From assembly GCA_047495785.1 (NCBI GenBank), contig JBLDXI010000048.1, forward strand, positions 558,001 through 622,000: a stretch of 64,000 bases of DNA, given 5' to 3'. Position numbers and translations under genes: made by a program. The notes beneath the pieces were generated by a model. The model was not told the origin of the DNA. It ran no database searches and worked only from the letters and a program-made list of their open reading frames with translations. Origin of the DNA: Lepidodermella squamata. Its lineage: Eukaryota > Animalia > Gastrotricha. Position 1 is the first letter of the stretch; every line of letters starts with the position of its first letter. Shown here one piece after another: positions 12,941 through 24,700 of the stretch.

Positions 12941-13579
12941 ATTGTCTCGAGGGTTCGCTTATTAGCCGTTTATTTTAAGCTTTCAGTTATGGCGATAGCA
13001 CCTGTTTCAATATACCTAAATACGTGAGAATGGGGGAAATTAGTTAGAGTGAAAGGCATCAAGTGAGATGTATCTCCATCAAATTATCCGCGTAATTAAT
13101 GCTGATAACAAATTCCTCATCTTGAAAGGCTCATCTTGAACGAAAAATAAAATCATTCGTATTCTTATATTCGTATCATGTTGAATGGCGTCAAAGTACG
13201 ATTGACCACCGATGAATATAGTCGCTGATAGAGATCGTCTCAGATTCTCGCATATATTTTGAACGAAATAACTATGAAAGTGAGCGTCACCCTATTGGTT
13301 ATTTGAAAAGACTGAACCGGGTCCATCCGCTCAAGTGAAGTACAAATCTCAATCAATTTCAAACGTAGAACATTTGGAACCAAAAGCGTTCAATTTTTTC
13401 GCATCCGGAGCTCATTTTTAATTTTCAGTACGAACAGGATATGCGTACCTAATAATCGAAAGTACGTTGATATTTTATTTTGTTTCATCCATGACAAACT
13501 CTTATAGGAGTACAACTTGATCCCAGGCAAATTCACTCAATTGCATCTCGCCACTCTCTTCACTTGTAATTCATCGTTT

Positions 13580-14021
13580 TCACGGCTTTTTCACGTAGGT
13601 GACGCCGGTGAAGCGGGGAGGATTGGAAATACGCTTCAAGCAGTTAGACTGGTTTGATAAGACGCACGACTTGGCGTTTTCATTGAAACGGAACGCGTAA
13701 CAGTCCTTAGTGCTCAAACACGACTGGCCGCACTGCACCTCATTCGGTTGGCTGGCCTGGGCGTAAAAGCCCGCACAGTCGTCAAAGGACATCCTTCCGA
13801 ATCTGGCTAGGACCTCGCTCCTCAGCTCGTCGTAGTCCACTGAAAAGTTGGCCAAGTCAGTGATTAAGAGTGGAAGCAAAATACTCACAAAAGCTCATTC
13901 TCGTAGTTGCCCCAGGTACGACTTTAGCTACTCTTGAATCTTTGATCAGAGCTACGGCCAACGCGTCTGGTTGAAAGGCGAAGCCAATAAGAAGAACGGA
14001 AACAGCTATCTTGGCGAACAT
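13580..14021 (-). CDS. Small secreted PAN/apple-like domain protein (copy 1), 2 exons
   Basis: Signal peptide MFAKIAVSVLLIGFAFQPDALA; intron 13840-13888; CGQSCLSTKDCYAFRFNENAKSCVL fits the PAN pattern C-x3-C-x5-C-x-x-F-x-F-x6-C. Confidence 0.75.
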
Positions 14022-14282
14022 GTTTAATACTTGAAAATTGATGTGAATTAGAATGAGAAAAATTAAAGGAATGCTCTTCCTGACGCAAATTATACGCAGC
14101 TTCTCGGCTTTTCGGTTGTCTTTGTTGAAACAGGCGCTGTTAGGAGTCTTGTACGTTATAGCGCCGAGCTTGTACGCCAAGTAGAAGCATTGTCGACTGG
14201 ACACTCGTAAGACTAGATATCATGAAATAAGCCTATAACTGAAACTTGATAATTAAATTGATTAGCGTAAGCTCAGGTATTG

Positions 14283-14318
<36 letters not shown>
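14283..14318. repeat. (AAT)n microsatellite
   Basis: About 12 contiguous AAT units. Confidence 0.95.
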
Positions 14319-14321
<3 letters not shown>

Positions 14322-14992
14322 CTCTATTATAAGAAGGAGATTATCCGGGAAAATCCAGTCGAAGCAGAAAGCAGGCTAGGAAAATCTCCCTATTTACCAT
14401 CGGTTTCGCACCTCTCTTAATACGCAATTGCGATGTGTAGACCTTACTTAAATGACGCTGAAAGTTTTGATTTTTGATGCTTGTTGTTGATGAGAAGCAA
14501 CTTGCAATTTTCCCTAACCAGAACTCCATGTAACTAGGAGCATTTACCTAATAGCTAGATCTGCAAGATCGGGAATAGCCTCTAATTGTCAAATTTCTTA
14601 TCATCAGCTGAAAATGTTCAGGAACGTTATAAACCGAAACAATCGCCCCCGGCTTTTTTCGAATTATTTTGATTCTGAGTATTTTGCTTTCTTTTTTGAA
14701 TTGAATTAACTGTAATCCGGAACGAGATATAATCCATAATTGTTCAATGTCACCTTCTGTCGTGTGCGGGAAATTGAGTATCGTGAAAAGTACTCGGCTA
14801 CCCGAAGTCAACAGACAAGTAACTTCTAGAAAACATTTCGCTCACCGGGTTGAACAGAACCTGGTTCAACAAAGGCAAAAATGGCTGCAATTACGCGAGA
14901 AATCGGCTGGGAGAATCATTCTCAACTTTTTCAACTGTCGAGTTGTTATCAATATCAAGTGATAAACTTTCATCATTTCTTATTCATTGAAC

Positions 14993-15163
14993 ATGTCTTA
15001 CAAGGTTGTTGTTTCGCTGGTTCTGGCTTGTGTTGCTATCCAACAAACGATGACCGCGGCCGTTGTTAGACGCCCGGAGAGTGAGTTATATTAAAATTCA
15101 GCCTGTATTCTTGATAAGCTGAACCCATCATTAATGTTCGTTATTTTTTCAGCGGCCGCTGAT
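14993..15163 (+). pseudogene. Divergently oriented PAN-like paralogue, exon 2 truncated by transposase-derived sequence
   Basis: Intact exon 1 MSYKVVVSLVLACVAIQQTMTAAVVRRPE with GTGAGT donor; exon 2 starts ttcag|cggccgctgatag then loses identity with the 21250 copy. Confidence 0.6.
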
Positions 15164-15186
15164 AGCTATTTAGAGCTTACGAATTA

Positions 15187-16230
15187 TTGAAAGTGGGATT
15201 TTCTGCGTTTTGCGAAAGGCGACCCCTATGGTGCGTTACCGTAGAGTCCAGCGGTGCGCACAGTGTTTGTGTGTGCGAACCGCATCAATATATGAAATTC
15301 ATAACTTTGGCAGTTCCGACGGTCAGTAGCTATCTTGATTTGCTCAGCGCTAAAGTCTACTCTTTAGAAAGCAGGGCGTGCATGATGGACGAATGTTTGT
15401 CATGTAAAGGTGACGATAAAGTTCGCGAATTTATCAAATCGAAGTTCCAAGCAGAAGATTTTGATGATGACGATCTAATCCGATTCAAACAGTGGCAGAA
15501 AGAGGAGGCCAAGAAGGCCCCCGCCCCCTCCCAACTCCGAGATTTGAGCATGAGTCTAACCGCATTCATCGATTATGTTTGTGAAAAGGTGATTTTATAA
15601 CGAAAATATAGCGAAAATAATGCTAACTGCGGCCTTTTAACGTTGTTGCATGTTGTCGGCATCACTATATTTCGAAGGAGCAGGCCGCTTATTTGAGGGC
15701 TCTGAAGAATTATCTACCCGCGGACCACATAATTATACCAGCTGACTTCGCAGAGAATTACTCTTTCTCTGTACAAGATGCGGTTTGCTAAATCGCAATA
15801 GAGGATTAAGAGAACTTAACAAATTGTTTTCCAGGTTCAAGCTTTCCATTGGTCGAACGACCAAGCCACTCTTCATCTCTTTGTTGTATACTACAAAAAT
15901 GAAAAGGGCGAGTTGGCCCATGCGTCTTATTGCGTTGTCAGTGACGATAATGACCACACTGCGACGACGGTACATTGTTTCCAAACTTATTTGATGGCGG
16001 AGGTAAAGAAATTGGTACCAATTATCAACTACGTCATCTACTTCACAGACGGTGCTGGTAAATTCGGGCCTAAATTACCATCGGGCCAAATAATAGCTTT
16101 CTATTTGATATACAGGCAGTGTCACCATTTTGAAGATTTTGGGATGGCGGCGGAATGGAATTTTTTTGGCACAAGCCACGGCAAGAGCCCTTGTGACTTG
16201 TGATTTGTGATGGCGTTGGTGAAACGGTAA
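15187..16230 (+). mobile_element. Degenerate DNA transposase, probably Sola2-type
   Basis: Fragmented motifs CVCEPH, ADFAENYSF.VQD, VQAFHWSNDQATLH, YFTDGAG, WNFFGTSHGKSPCD; frameshifts and stops. Superfamily assigned from memory of motifs. Confidence 0.7.
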
Positions 16231-16992
16231 AAAGGCTGGTAATGCGGGCAGGGCCGGATTAACCCTCCGGCGGCCCCTGGGCTCTTGACGTTTGGCGGCC
16301 CCATTTTTTATGAATTTCTGAAAAAAGATGAAAGGTAGAATTTTAAGTTTTAATTTTTAGGACACTCGCCAAGCAATAGTGACTACTTATTGGTGTTATT
16401 GGTGTTATGCATTGTTTTCCTTAAGACATTGGTGTTTAAACGTAAATATTTATTTTAAATATCAGTAATGCTTAAATTTTTCAACATTTTTCAGCGGGGA
16501 ATGGGTACACTGAGGTGGGCGCCTTCAGTCTAAGCCACTATTTTAGCTAGAGCTATATAGTAAACGCTCAAAGATGAATTCGATGGAAAGCTCCCTAATG
16601 GCAACCGCGCATCTGGTTCCGGCGGTTATCATGTCACTATTTATGGTTAATTTTTTACCGCGAGCGAAGCGAGCTTTAGCTGACGATATTTCTTTTGATT
16701 TTAAGGTAGAAACGGTCTAAAAATGACGCGTTCGAAACATAATTTCCCATTTTTGTGCGCTCGTGAACTCATCTATACCAAACAGTATCTGCGTAATCGT
16801 GGAAACTGTAGAGATCTCGGATTTTAAATGCTATAAAAGTCAAACAATGAGGGCCATAACATTTGATTTGTCAGAAATGCCACATATTTGGCGAATTAGG
16901 CTCCTGAAAGATATCGAATAATGAAGAAGTATCGCGAGCGAAGCGAGCAAAATTTTTGATTATTTAGCTTCTCCAAGAGCTAAAAATATCTA

Positions 16993-17178
16993 ATGGCCAC
17001 AGCTATTAAACTTGGGTGTCTCGAATTGTATGACGAATTGTATGCCGCATACGACTCGGTATGGCATGCTGGTCTCGTCTACAAGCTTGGCCAGTTGCCC
17101 CTCCCGCGTAACCTGGTCGGATGGCTCGCCGACTATCTTCGAGATCGAAAGTTGCAAGCTCGCGTTGCGGGTTTTGTC
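16993..17178 (+). mobile_element. Non-LTR retrotransposon reverse-transcriptase fragment (Jockey/I-like)
   Basis: AYDSVWHAGLVYKL..LPLPRNLVGWLADYLRDRKLQARV; abuts the left edge of the duplicated block. Confidence 0.8.
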
Positions 17179-17420
17179 TATTCGAAAAGACTGAATCTGC
17201 TCCATTCATTCGAGTGAAGTACGAGACTTCATCAATTTCAAATGCTGATTTCAATTATCCGCAACCGGAGCCCATTTTCAGTGCGAACAGTCGAAATATG
17301 CGAGCCCGCATTTTATTTTGTTTCAGCCCTGATGACAAACTCTCACTACGCATGCAAATTCATTCAACTGCATCTCGCCACTACTCTCTTCACTCGGCGC
17401 TTGATCGTAATTCATTGTTT

Positions 17421-17863
17421 TCAAAGCTTTTTCACGTAGGTGGTGCCGGTGAAGCGGGGAGGATTGGAAATACGCTTCAAGCAGTTGGACTTGTTTGAAA
17501 AGACGCACGACTTGGTGTTCGGATTGAAACGGAACGCGTAACAGTCCTTAGTGCTCGAACACGCCTGGCCACATAGCGCCTCATTAGCTTGGCTCTCCTG
17601 AGCATAAGAGCCCTCACAGTCGTCAAAGGACATCGTTCCGAATCTGGAAAGGACATCTTTCCTCAACTTGAGGTAGTCCGCTGAAAAGTTGGCCAAGTCA
17701 ATGATCAAGAATATTCGATGGAAGCAAAATACTTACAAGAACTCATCGTCGTAGTCGGTGGGGCTTTAGCGACTCGTGCATCTTTGATCAGAGATACGGC
17801 CAACGCCTCAGGTTGAATGGCGAAGCCAATAAGTAGAACGGAAACAGCGATCTTGGCGAACAT
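17421..17863 (-). CDS. Small secreted PAN/apple-like domain protein (copy 2), 2 exons
   Basis: ATG 17863, intron 17681-17736, CGQACSSTKDCYAFRFNPNTKSCVF. Confidence 0.75.
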
Positions 17864-18427
17864 GTTTAAAACTCAAAAGTTGAATTAAAATGAGAAAATT
17901 AAAGGAATGCTTTTCCTGACAAGTTATACGCAGCTTCTCGGCTTTTCGGTTGTCTTTGTTGAAACAGGCGCTGACACTAACTCTTGTACGTTATAGCATC
18001 GAGCTTGTACGTGAAAGTTGAAGCATCACGGACTTGATAATCGTAAGACAGGTTTGATATCTTGAAAATAAGGCAAACCGAAACTTGACGAAAGGGAATC
18101 ATAAGCACAAATTCGCACTTGTCACATACATTTATGTGACTTTATCCAATGTACGTGAAATTGAGAATTGAGAATAATACCATCTCCGTTAAATTCTTTG
18201 TGAAAAACCATCGACAGATCACATACAGTCAACAGACAGGTGCATTTGGAAAACATTTTGCTCACGTACAACCACCGGATATTTTCAGCCATGATTCAAC
18301 CGCTCCTGGTTCAACAGAAGCAAATAGGCGGCAAGGAAGCGAGAAATCGGCTAGACGAATCATTCTCAATTTGCCAAGTTGCTTATTACTTTCCAGTGAT
18401 AAACTTTCACCAATTCTTCATTTGAAC

Positions 18428-19200
18428 ATGCCTTGCGCTGTTTATGGCATGCGTTGCTGTCCAACAAACGATGGCTTCGGCCGTTGTTAAATGCCCGGGG
18501 AGTGGGTTGAAGATTTCAGCGTGTGTGTTTATATTTTCTTGCAGAACCTATAATGTTCGTTATAGTTCGTGTTCGACTGGCTGATGGCTATAGTAATTGC
18601 CCGATTCGACAAGGCTAATGCGAATCAATGCAACGGCTACTTCGCAGCGATCAAGAAACTGGCGAACACTGCCGAAAGTGGCGATGAAATGCCAAGGCTT
18701 CCGTTATTTCTATAAACAACAAGACCTGCTATGTATTCAACAAAGACCAGTGCAAGACATTGGTTCCTGGCCGTTACGGCATCGAGGACTGCACCTACGT
18801 GAGGCTGTGAGCTGCTATGGTTCGGGTTTGCGGGGAGTAAGTCAAGATGAGCTTGGTTTATGTCTGTGAAGTGTGAGGATGTACCGAATTCGAAAGTGAA
18901 ATAAATAATTGTTAAGTGAAATTCGAGAGTGAAGTGAGTTATAATATCAATCAGCTTTATTTCTGCATGAAGTTTGCTGGTCTGATTGGGCTAAACGCCG
19001 TTGTAGCATTTGGAAGGATCTGAGTATGAAGTTTCACCCGCAACGATCAGCAATAAGCTTGGTTATTCGCAGCGATCAAGAAACTATGGCGAACACTGCT
19101 GAATCTGGCGAAGCATGTTTGAAAGACGCCAAATGCCAAGGCTTCCATTATTTCTATAGCAACAAGACCTGCTATGTCTCCAACAAAGATCAGTGCATGA
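18428..19200 (+). pseudogene. Broken plus-strand PAN-like paralogue fragments, with an astacin-like last-exon remnant between them
   Basis: Frameshifted ANANQCNGYFAAIKKLANTAES..CLKDAKCQGFHYFYSNKTCYVSNKDQC pieces at ~18600-18800 and ~19070-19200; 18990-19070 matches 21750-21835. Confidence 0.65.
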
Positions 19201-19576
19201 CATCTGATTTTGAACCTCTTTCTTCATCTACAAGCTCGATTTGAAGTTTGAAGGTTGAAGTCCTTGTGCTATCCCGGTTATTCGTTCTTGCAAAGTTGCA
19301 ACACTACCTACTAGCCACTAGCCTACACGAAGTGCATAGCTGACTATAAGAGTGCTGTAACATGAAGTCACGTTAATCCACTATGAGCAATCAAGTTAAT
19401 TGACACGACAAGGGAGCATAACAACATATTACTCAAACTGTGTCGATGAGTACGATGAAAATAGCCAAATTAATTCATGTTTCGCGGATCCGCGAGCGAA
19501 ATTTGTAATTGAGTAAAACTATGCAAGGAGGCAGCTAAGAAATTTGCAGATGAACAACTTGAATCAGCGCCAGTGC

Positions 19577-19584
19577 ATATAAAG
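19577..19584 (+). promoter_or_regulatory. TATA box of Ly6 gene (conserved in all three copies)
   Basis: gcatataaagcgg ~85 bp upstream of the ATG; same at ~31238 and ~41066. Confidence 0.5.
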
Positions 19585-19662
19585 CGGCCAGAAATCGTCA
19601 TGGAAATCATCCGCAAACCAGAATCCATCAATTGCAGCTAACCTTATATCAGCTATCTAGCA

Positions 19663-20122
19663 ATGGCCGTTACGCAAGCTCTGTATGTCATTTTCGCTCT
19701 GGCCGCCTTGGCCACCTTCGCAGGTAATTTTCGTGAGCCCCAATTTTGAGAAAATAAATTGTAACGTTTGACTTGTAGATGCCCTAACATGCTACGATGG
19801 TAGCGATGGAACAACAAACACGTGCAATGGTACGCAATACACCGCTTGCTCGGTAAGTCACAACTACTTTGTTGAACCCATTGTCATTGTCCGATTTCTA
19901 AAGAAATCAGTTACGAAAACAACATTGTTCGGCGCCACAACCACCTCGATTTCAAAGGGCTGTTCAACGAGCTGTACACCGGCTAGCGGCTGTGCTTTGA
20001 CGATCGCATGCTCGGAGGTTTATTGCTGCACGACTGATAAATGCAACTCTGGTGAAATGGCGACGCCACTGGCTGCTCTTATCTTGAGTGCTACAGCACT
20101 CATCTACTTCGCCAAGATGTAA
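19663..20122 (+). CDS. Ly6/uPAR (three-finger) protein, signal peptide + predicted GPI signal (copy 1), 3 exons
   Basis: Exons 19663-19723, 19779-19852, 19904-20122: MAVTQALYVIFALAALATFADA-LTCY...10 Cys...CCTTDKCN-SGEMATPLAALILSATALIYFAKM. Confidence 0.88.
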
Positions 20123-21083
20123 CGAATCGAACGACAAATTGACTTAACGTTCATTAGTTTTTAGTGGGATTCTTTGATTCAAAGAGAACGTAGTGATCAC
20201 ATGTTTTGATTCTTCTAGACTCTCACTACGTTCCCTATGATTATTCTAGACTAATGTGTGATGGCGCGTTTTTTCCCAATTTTTCGCGCAGGAATCGATT
20301 CACCGAATAAATTTTATCATAGATATCCACGGGATTCATGAATTCCAATTCAAAATTGCCTATTACTAATTACCATAAGAACTGAAAACAACAGGAAGAG
20401 ATGTTAACGCTATTGCCGTGCAATTTTGCCCCAATTTGGGTCTTCTTCAACTATGCCAGTCAGTTGAATTTTCAGAAAGCATTTAGGCAAAAAAGGAATT
20501 ATATAGAGGAGTTATTGGGCTATCGATTGTCGGGTATTGCAAGTTCGGACGATTTTGCATTGATTTATGGTTAGTTTTGTCGCCACCTAAACTCGTGGCC
20601 GGAATTAGGGATTAGGACTCGAAGCGGCCAAAATTAAGGATTGTCTATGCATTAGCATTCTTTAAATAGTTTTGTAGTTTGTTTCGTAATGCTTCCTCGG
20701 CTACCTAGGTAAAGACCTAATTATAGAATAATTATAGAAAACCATCAAAGTGTTGACTAAAGATTTTTACCTGCCCTTTAGTTAATTAGTTAACTAGAGG
20801 GAAATCTCGAGAGAAAATAAGGCTCTAGGCAATAGTCAAAAACTTCCCATGATGACCGAACAGTTTAAAGAACTAAGGATGTTGGAATAAAAAGCTCACG
20901 TTACACGTTCGCTCACGTACAGCTGATATTTCTAGCCTGAATTTAACCGCGCCTGGTTTGCGCCAAAGGGAAAGTGGGCGGCACGGAAGCGAGAAATCGG
21001 CTGGGAGAATCATTTTCAAATTTTTCATCTGTCGAGTTGTTATCAATATCAAGTGACAAACTTTCATAATTTCCTCATTGAAC

Positions 21084-21470
21084 ATGTCTTACAAGGTTAT
21101 TGTTGCGCTGTTACTGGCATGTGTTGCCTCAAACACAGTGTTGCTATCTAAAAAACCATGACTGCGGCCGTTGTCAGACGCCCAGAGAGTGAGTTGTATT
21201 ACAATTGTATTCTCGATAAGCCGAACCCATCATTAATGTTCGTTATTTCAGCGGCCGCTGATAGGCTGAGGGCTAAAGTAATGGCCCAATTCGGCAAGGC
21301 TAATGCGAATCAATGCACCGGTAACTTCGCGGCGATCACCAATGGCACTTGGCGATCACCATGGCCACTTCCATAACGACAAGACCTGCTACGTCTCCAA
21401 CAAAGATCAATGTAGGCCATTGGTTGCCGGCCGTTACGGCATCGAAGGCTTCACCTGCGAGAGTCCTGTT
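21084..21470 (+). pseudogene. Plus-strand PAN-like pseudogene
   Basis: Signal-peptide exon has a frameshifting insertion (stop at CCA TGA); exon 2 LRAKVMAQFGKANANQC is followed by a deletion/frameshift before KTCYVSNKDQC. Confidence 0.65.
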
Positions 21471-21750
21471 CACCTGTTCTCCTGAAGATATTTGCGAGAG
21501 ACCTGTTACCTGTTCACCTGTTCTTCTGAAGACTGAAGGCAATAATATCATTCGAGAACATTACACAATTTTATTGAGCACAATGATCATGTTGAAGTTT
21601 GATGGAACAGCTAAAGCAAAAGTCACAGGAAAAAATATGACATAACACCCTACATATTTAGGACGCATATTTTATTAGAAGTCTTTCTAATTCATCGATC
21701 AATTTTTGTTTCTGCATTAGTTGGTTCTTAAGTTAGATGATTTGATTGAG

Positions 21751-24700
21751 CTAAACGCCGTTGTAGCATTTGGAAGGATCGGTGTATGAAGTTTCGCCCG
21801 CAAACTGATCAACAATAAATGTGGTTATTCGCAGAGAGAACCTTGGAAACGCCGTAAATACCTCAGTTGATTTGCAGCCGAAATTCGCCCGTCGGCATTC
21901 AGCAAATTTGGTCTTTTGAGCGTCGTTGTAACAGCGAACGTATTTCTGTCACGATTGAGTAAATCATGAATGAAGATTAAAGATTCCACAAACCATACCC
22001 AGTTGAGATCAGCTCGGTGGTTACAGGCCAGAAGGTTGCGGCCGAAGAAAGCGAAAGCGTTGAACGCTGGAGACTGAAAGAACATTTTGAAAACTCATTC
22101 TCAAAGCTGGACGTCAACTCCTACGAATTTGGTTTCCCCGGGTAGACAAGCTTGATCACCAGCTATGCAGCGGAAAGTCGTGCCCTTCACGCATTTCCTC
22201 ACATTCTGCGAGGCGGAAAACTAGTTTTGGTAGGCGAAACAGAGCATAACTCACGCCCTTGTTGCAGTTGTCCGTGAACCGAGTAGTCCACTCTTTGAAA
22301 ACTGTTTCGCCTTCCCGGCAGTACCGCCTGCACGCCTCGAACTGGCCCGTTACCGAGTTGATGCAACGGAAAGCAACTAGAGCTGTAATATCATCGACAT
22401 TTTAACTATCGAATCCGTGTGTTATCCTAATCAATATGTTAAAATCCTGTCTGATCGGCGAGCCGTTATACGTGCACTAAAACGGCACCAAAAAAGCGCG
22501 GATCGCAAAGAAAAATTAGCACCCAACAACCCCTGAGGCGAAGAACGCATTTATTATCTAGTTGAGGTGAATCGCAGACGGTCGTTTAATCCTTAATCTA
22601 ACCTGCAGTGTCCAGACAGCGCCATTTGGCTGCGATCAGACCGATTAATTAATTGAAATCTAATATCCGTTTAGCCATTGAGAACAGAAGCTATTATGTA
22701 GGCGAGGTAAAGACTGGACTTACTACAACTTTTGATTCGGTCAGAGTTCTCACAGTCGACGAAACCATCATCGCCCCAGCATTGCAACTCAGGGGAATCA
22801 AATCCCTGGCCACGGCAAGAATTGCCAGCTGCAGTTAAATTGCCTTTAGGCAGATCACTGTACCGTAATTGCGGCCCGGTAACGTCAGCCCAGCGCGTGA
22901 AAGTTGCGCCTGTTGAGGTCTTAGTCAAGAGTGATCCTTCGTAGTCGTTCGCGCTCGGCGTGATGCGGCATTCCCGTGTGAATTCAGTTGCTTTTACGCC
23001 AGGGCAGGTCGCAAATATCGTTAATGTGGCGCTCTCTTGTTGACCTTGGTAAGGCATGTGAGAGTATATGAGTGCCTCGTTTTTATCGGTTACAAAAACA
23101 CGGCCGTGCCAGGCAGCGACTCTGCAAAACCTGTAATTTACGACGGTAGAAACAATTGAAATTGAAATTGAAATGTTTAACATTCATACTTGAATCCTGG
23201 ATATCCATCAGCTCCCAGGTTTCTTATAAGGAAATAGTTCATGCAATTCATAGCCCCTGAAACAAGTAAAAGCATGAAACTGAAATTGCGTGTAGCTTAT
23301 GTACAAACATGCATATTCCAGGTTGGGGATAAACGGGAATGTGAACATCAAGCCACTTGTATTCCCCTGAACAAACAATATTATTTATTGGTTCATTCTA
23401 ATGCCTTTTTATTATTTCATACCGTTATGATCTTCCACGAACAGCCAATCGTACCAACCGTACCAACTTTAGGCGTTGAAATATTCGCTACAGAACAGGG
23501 ACTCACGTAGATTTCACCACCACAGCCTTTCGCTGGATCAGTCGGGTACGCGTCGGGTACGGTAACTTCAGCCCAGCGCGTGCAAGTCGCACCTGTTGAA
23601 GTCTTTGTCAAGAGTGATCCTTCGTAGTCGTTCGCGCTCGGCGTGATGCGGCATTCTCGTGTAAATTCAGTAGCTTTCACGCCCGGGCAGGTCGCAAAGA
23701 CCGTAAGTGTGGCGCGCTCACCTTGGTCTAGGTAAGGCATGTGAGAGTATACCAGTGCCTCGTTTTTATCGGTTACAAAAACACGGCCGTGCCAGGCAGC
23801 GATTTTGCAGAACCTGTATTCACAGCAGAAATATAAAAAACGGAAATAGAAATCTTTCCTTTTCTATACTTGAAACCTGGATAACCATCAACTCCCAATG
23901 TTCTTATTAGGAAATAGTTCATGCAATTCACCGCCCCTGAAACAGTTGAAAACAGCATACTAGAGTTGCCTGTAGCTTATGTACATACATGCAAATTGTA
24001 GATTTGGGACATTCGGGAATGCGAACATTAAGCCACTTGTATTCCCCTGTTCAAACGAGATTTTTATTGCTTTATTCTAATGGCTGATTTTATTTTTTCA
24101 TACCGTTGTGACCTTCCATGAACAGCCAACCGTACCAACTGTACCGGCTTTAGGGGTTGAAATATTCGCTACAGTACAAGGTCCGACGTAGATTTCACCA
24201 CCACAGCCTTTCGCTGGATCTGTAGGATACGGGATGTCGCAGACGTCGCCACCCAGGCCATCCGGGCAAACGCATTTCGTGCAGTTGAAACTCGGGTTAG
24301 GATAGCCCCCATTTTGGCAGGCAATCGTCGTTCTGTTGCAAGCATTTGAATCTGGAAGAAAATCGAGATACTATTTTTTAAAGCTGATCATATCAGGATG
24401 GCTCATATTATCGATTGTGTTCAGTTGACTAATAATAAGATAAAACCCGATTCAGCGACCCCAGGAGATTCCGATTTTGATTCTGATTTTATTATGCATT
24501 TTGTTTTGCAGCGATTATTTCTCGGCGCCTGACCTCAGAGGTCGTAAAATCTACTAGCTCATCCAGTTTAGATTTAACGAGGATTTGAAGATGTTTCGAA
24601 GAATGTCGAAAAGCTAGCATCCACGCAGATCCAACATTATTGTGGCATAGCGCATGGTCACGTTGGAAGTGTCTAAGCATTGAGCTTAAGCTACATAGTT

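Larger units (their letters stand above)
17180..23550. repeat. Recent segmental duplication, unit 1 (paired with 28630-34745)
   Basis: Near-identical sequence including introns and intergenic DNA at ~11.2-11.7 kb offset; duplicated ORFs in the track (e.g. 21825/33018, 22653/33846, 23241/34434). Confidence 0.92.

Noticed and set aside
17121-17498. Plus-strand ORF conserved with 28599-28946
   Set aside because: Conservation is explained by the recent duplication; it is antisense to the PAN gene and its 3' flank.
21360-21376. WPLP at the end of ORF 21158-21376 matching the astacin WPLPIPY motif
   Set aside because: Four-residue coincidence in a frameshifted PAN pseudogene.
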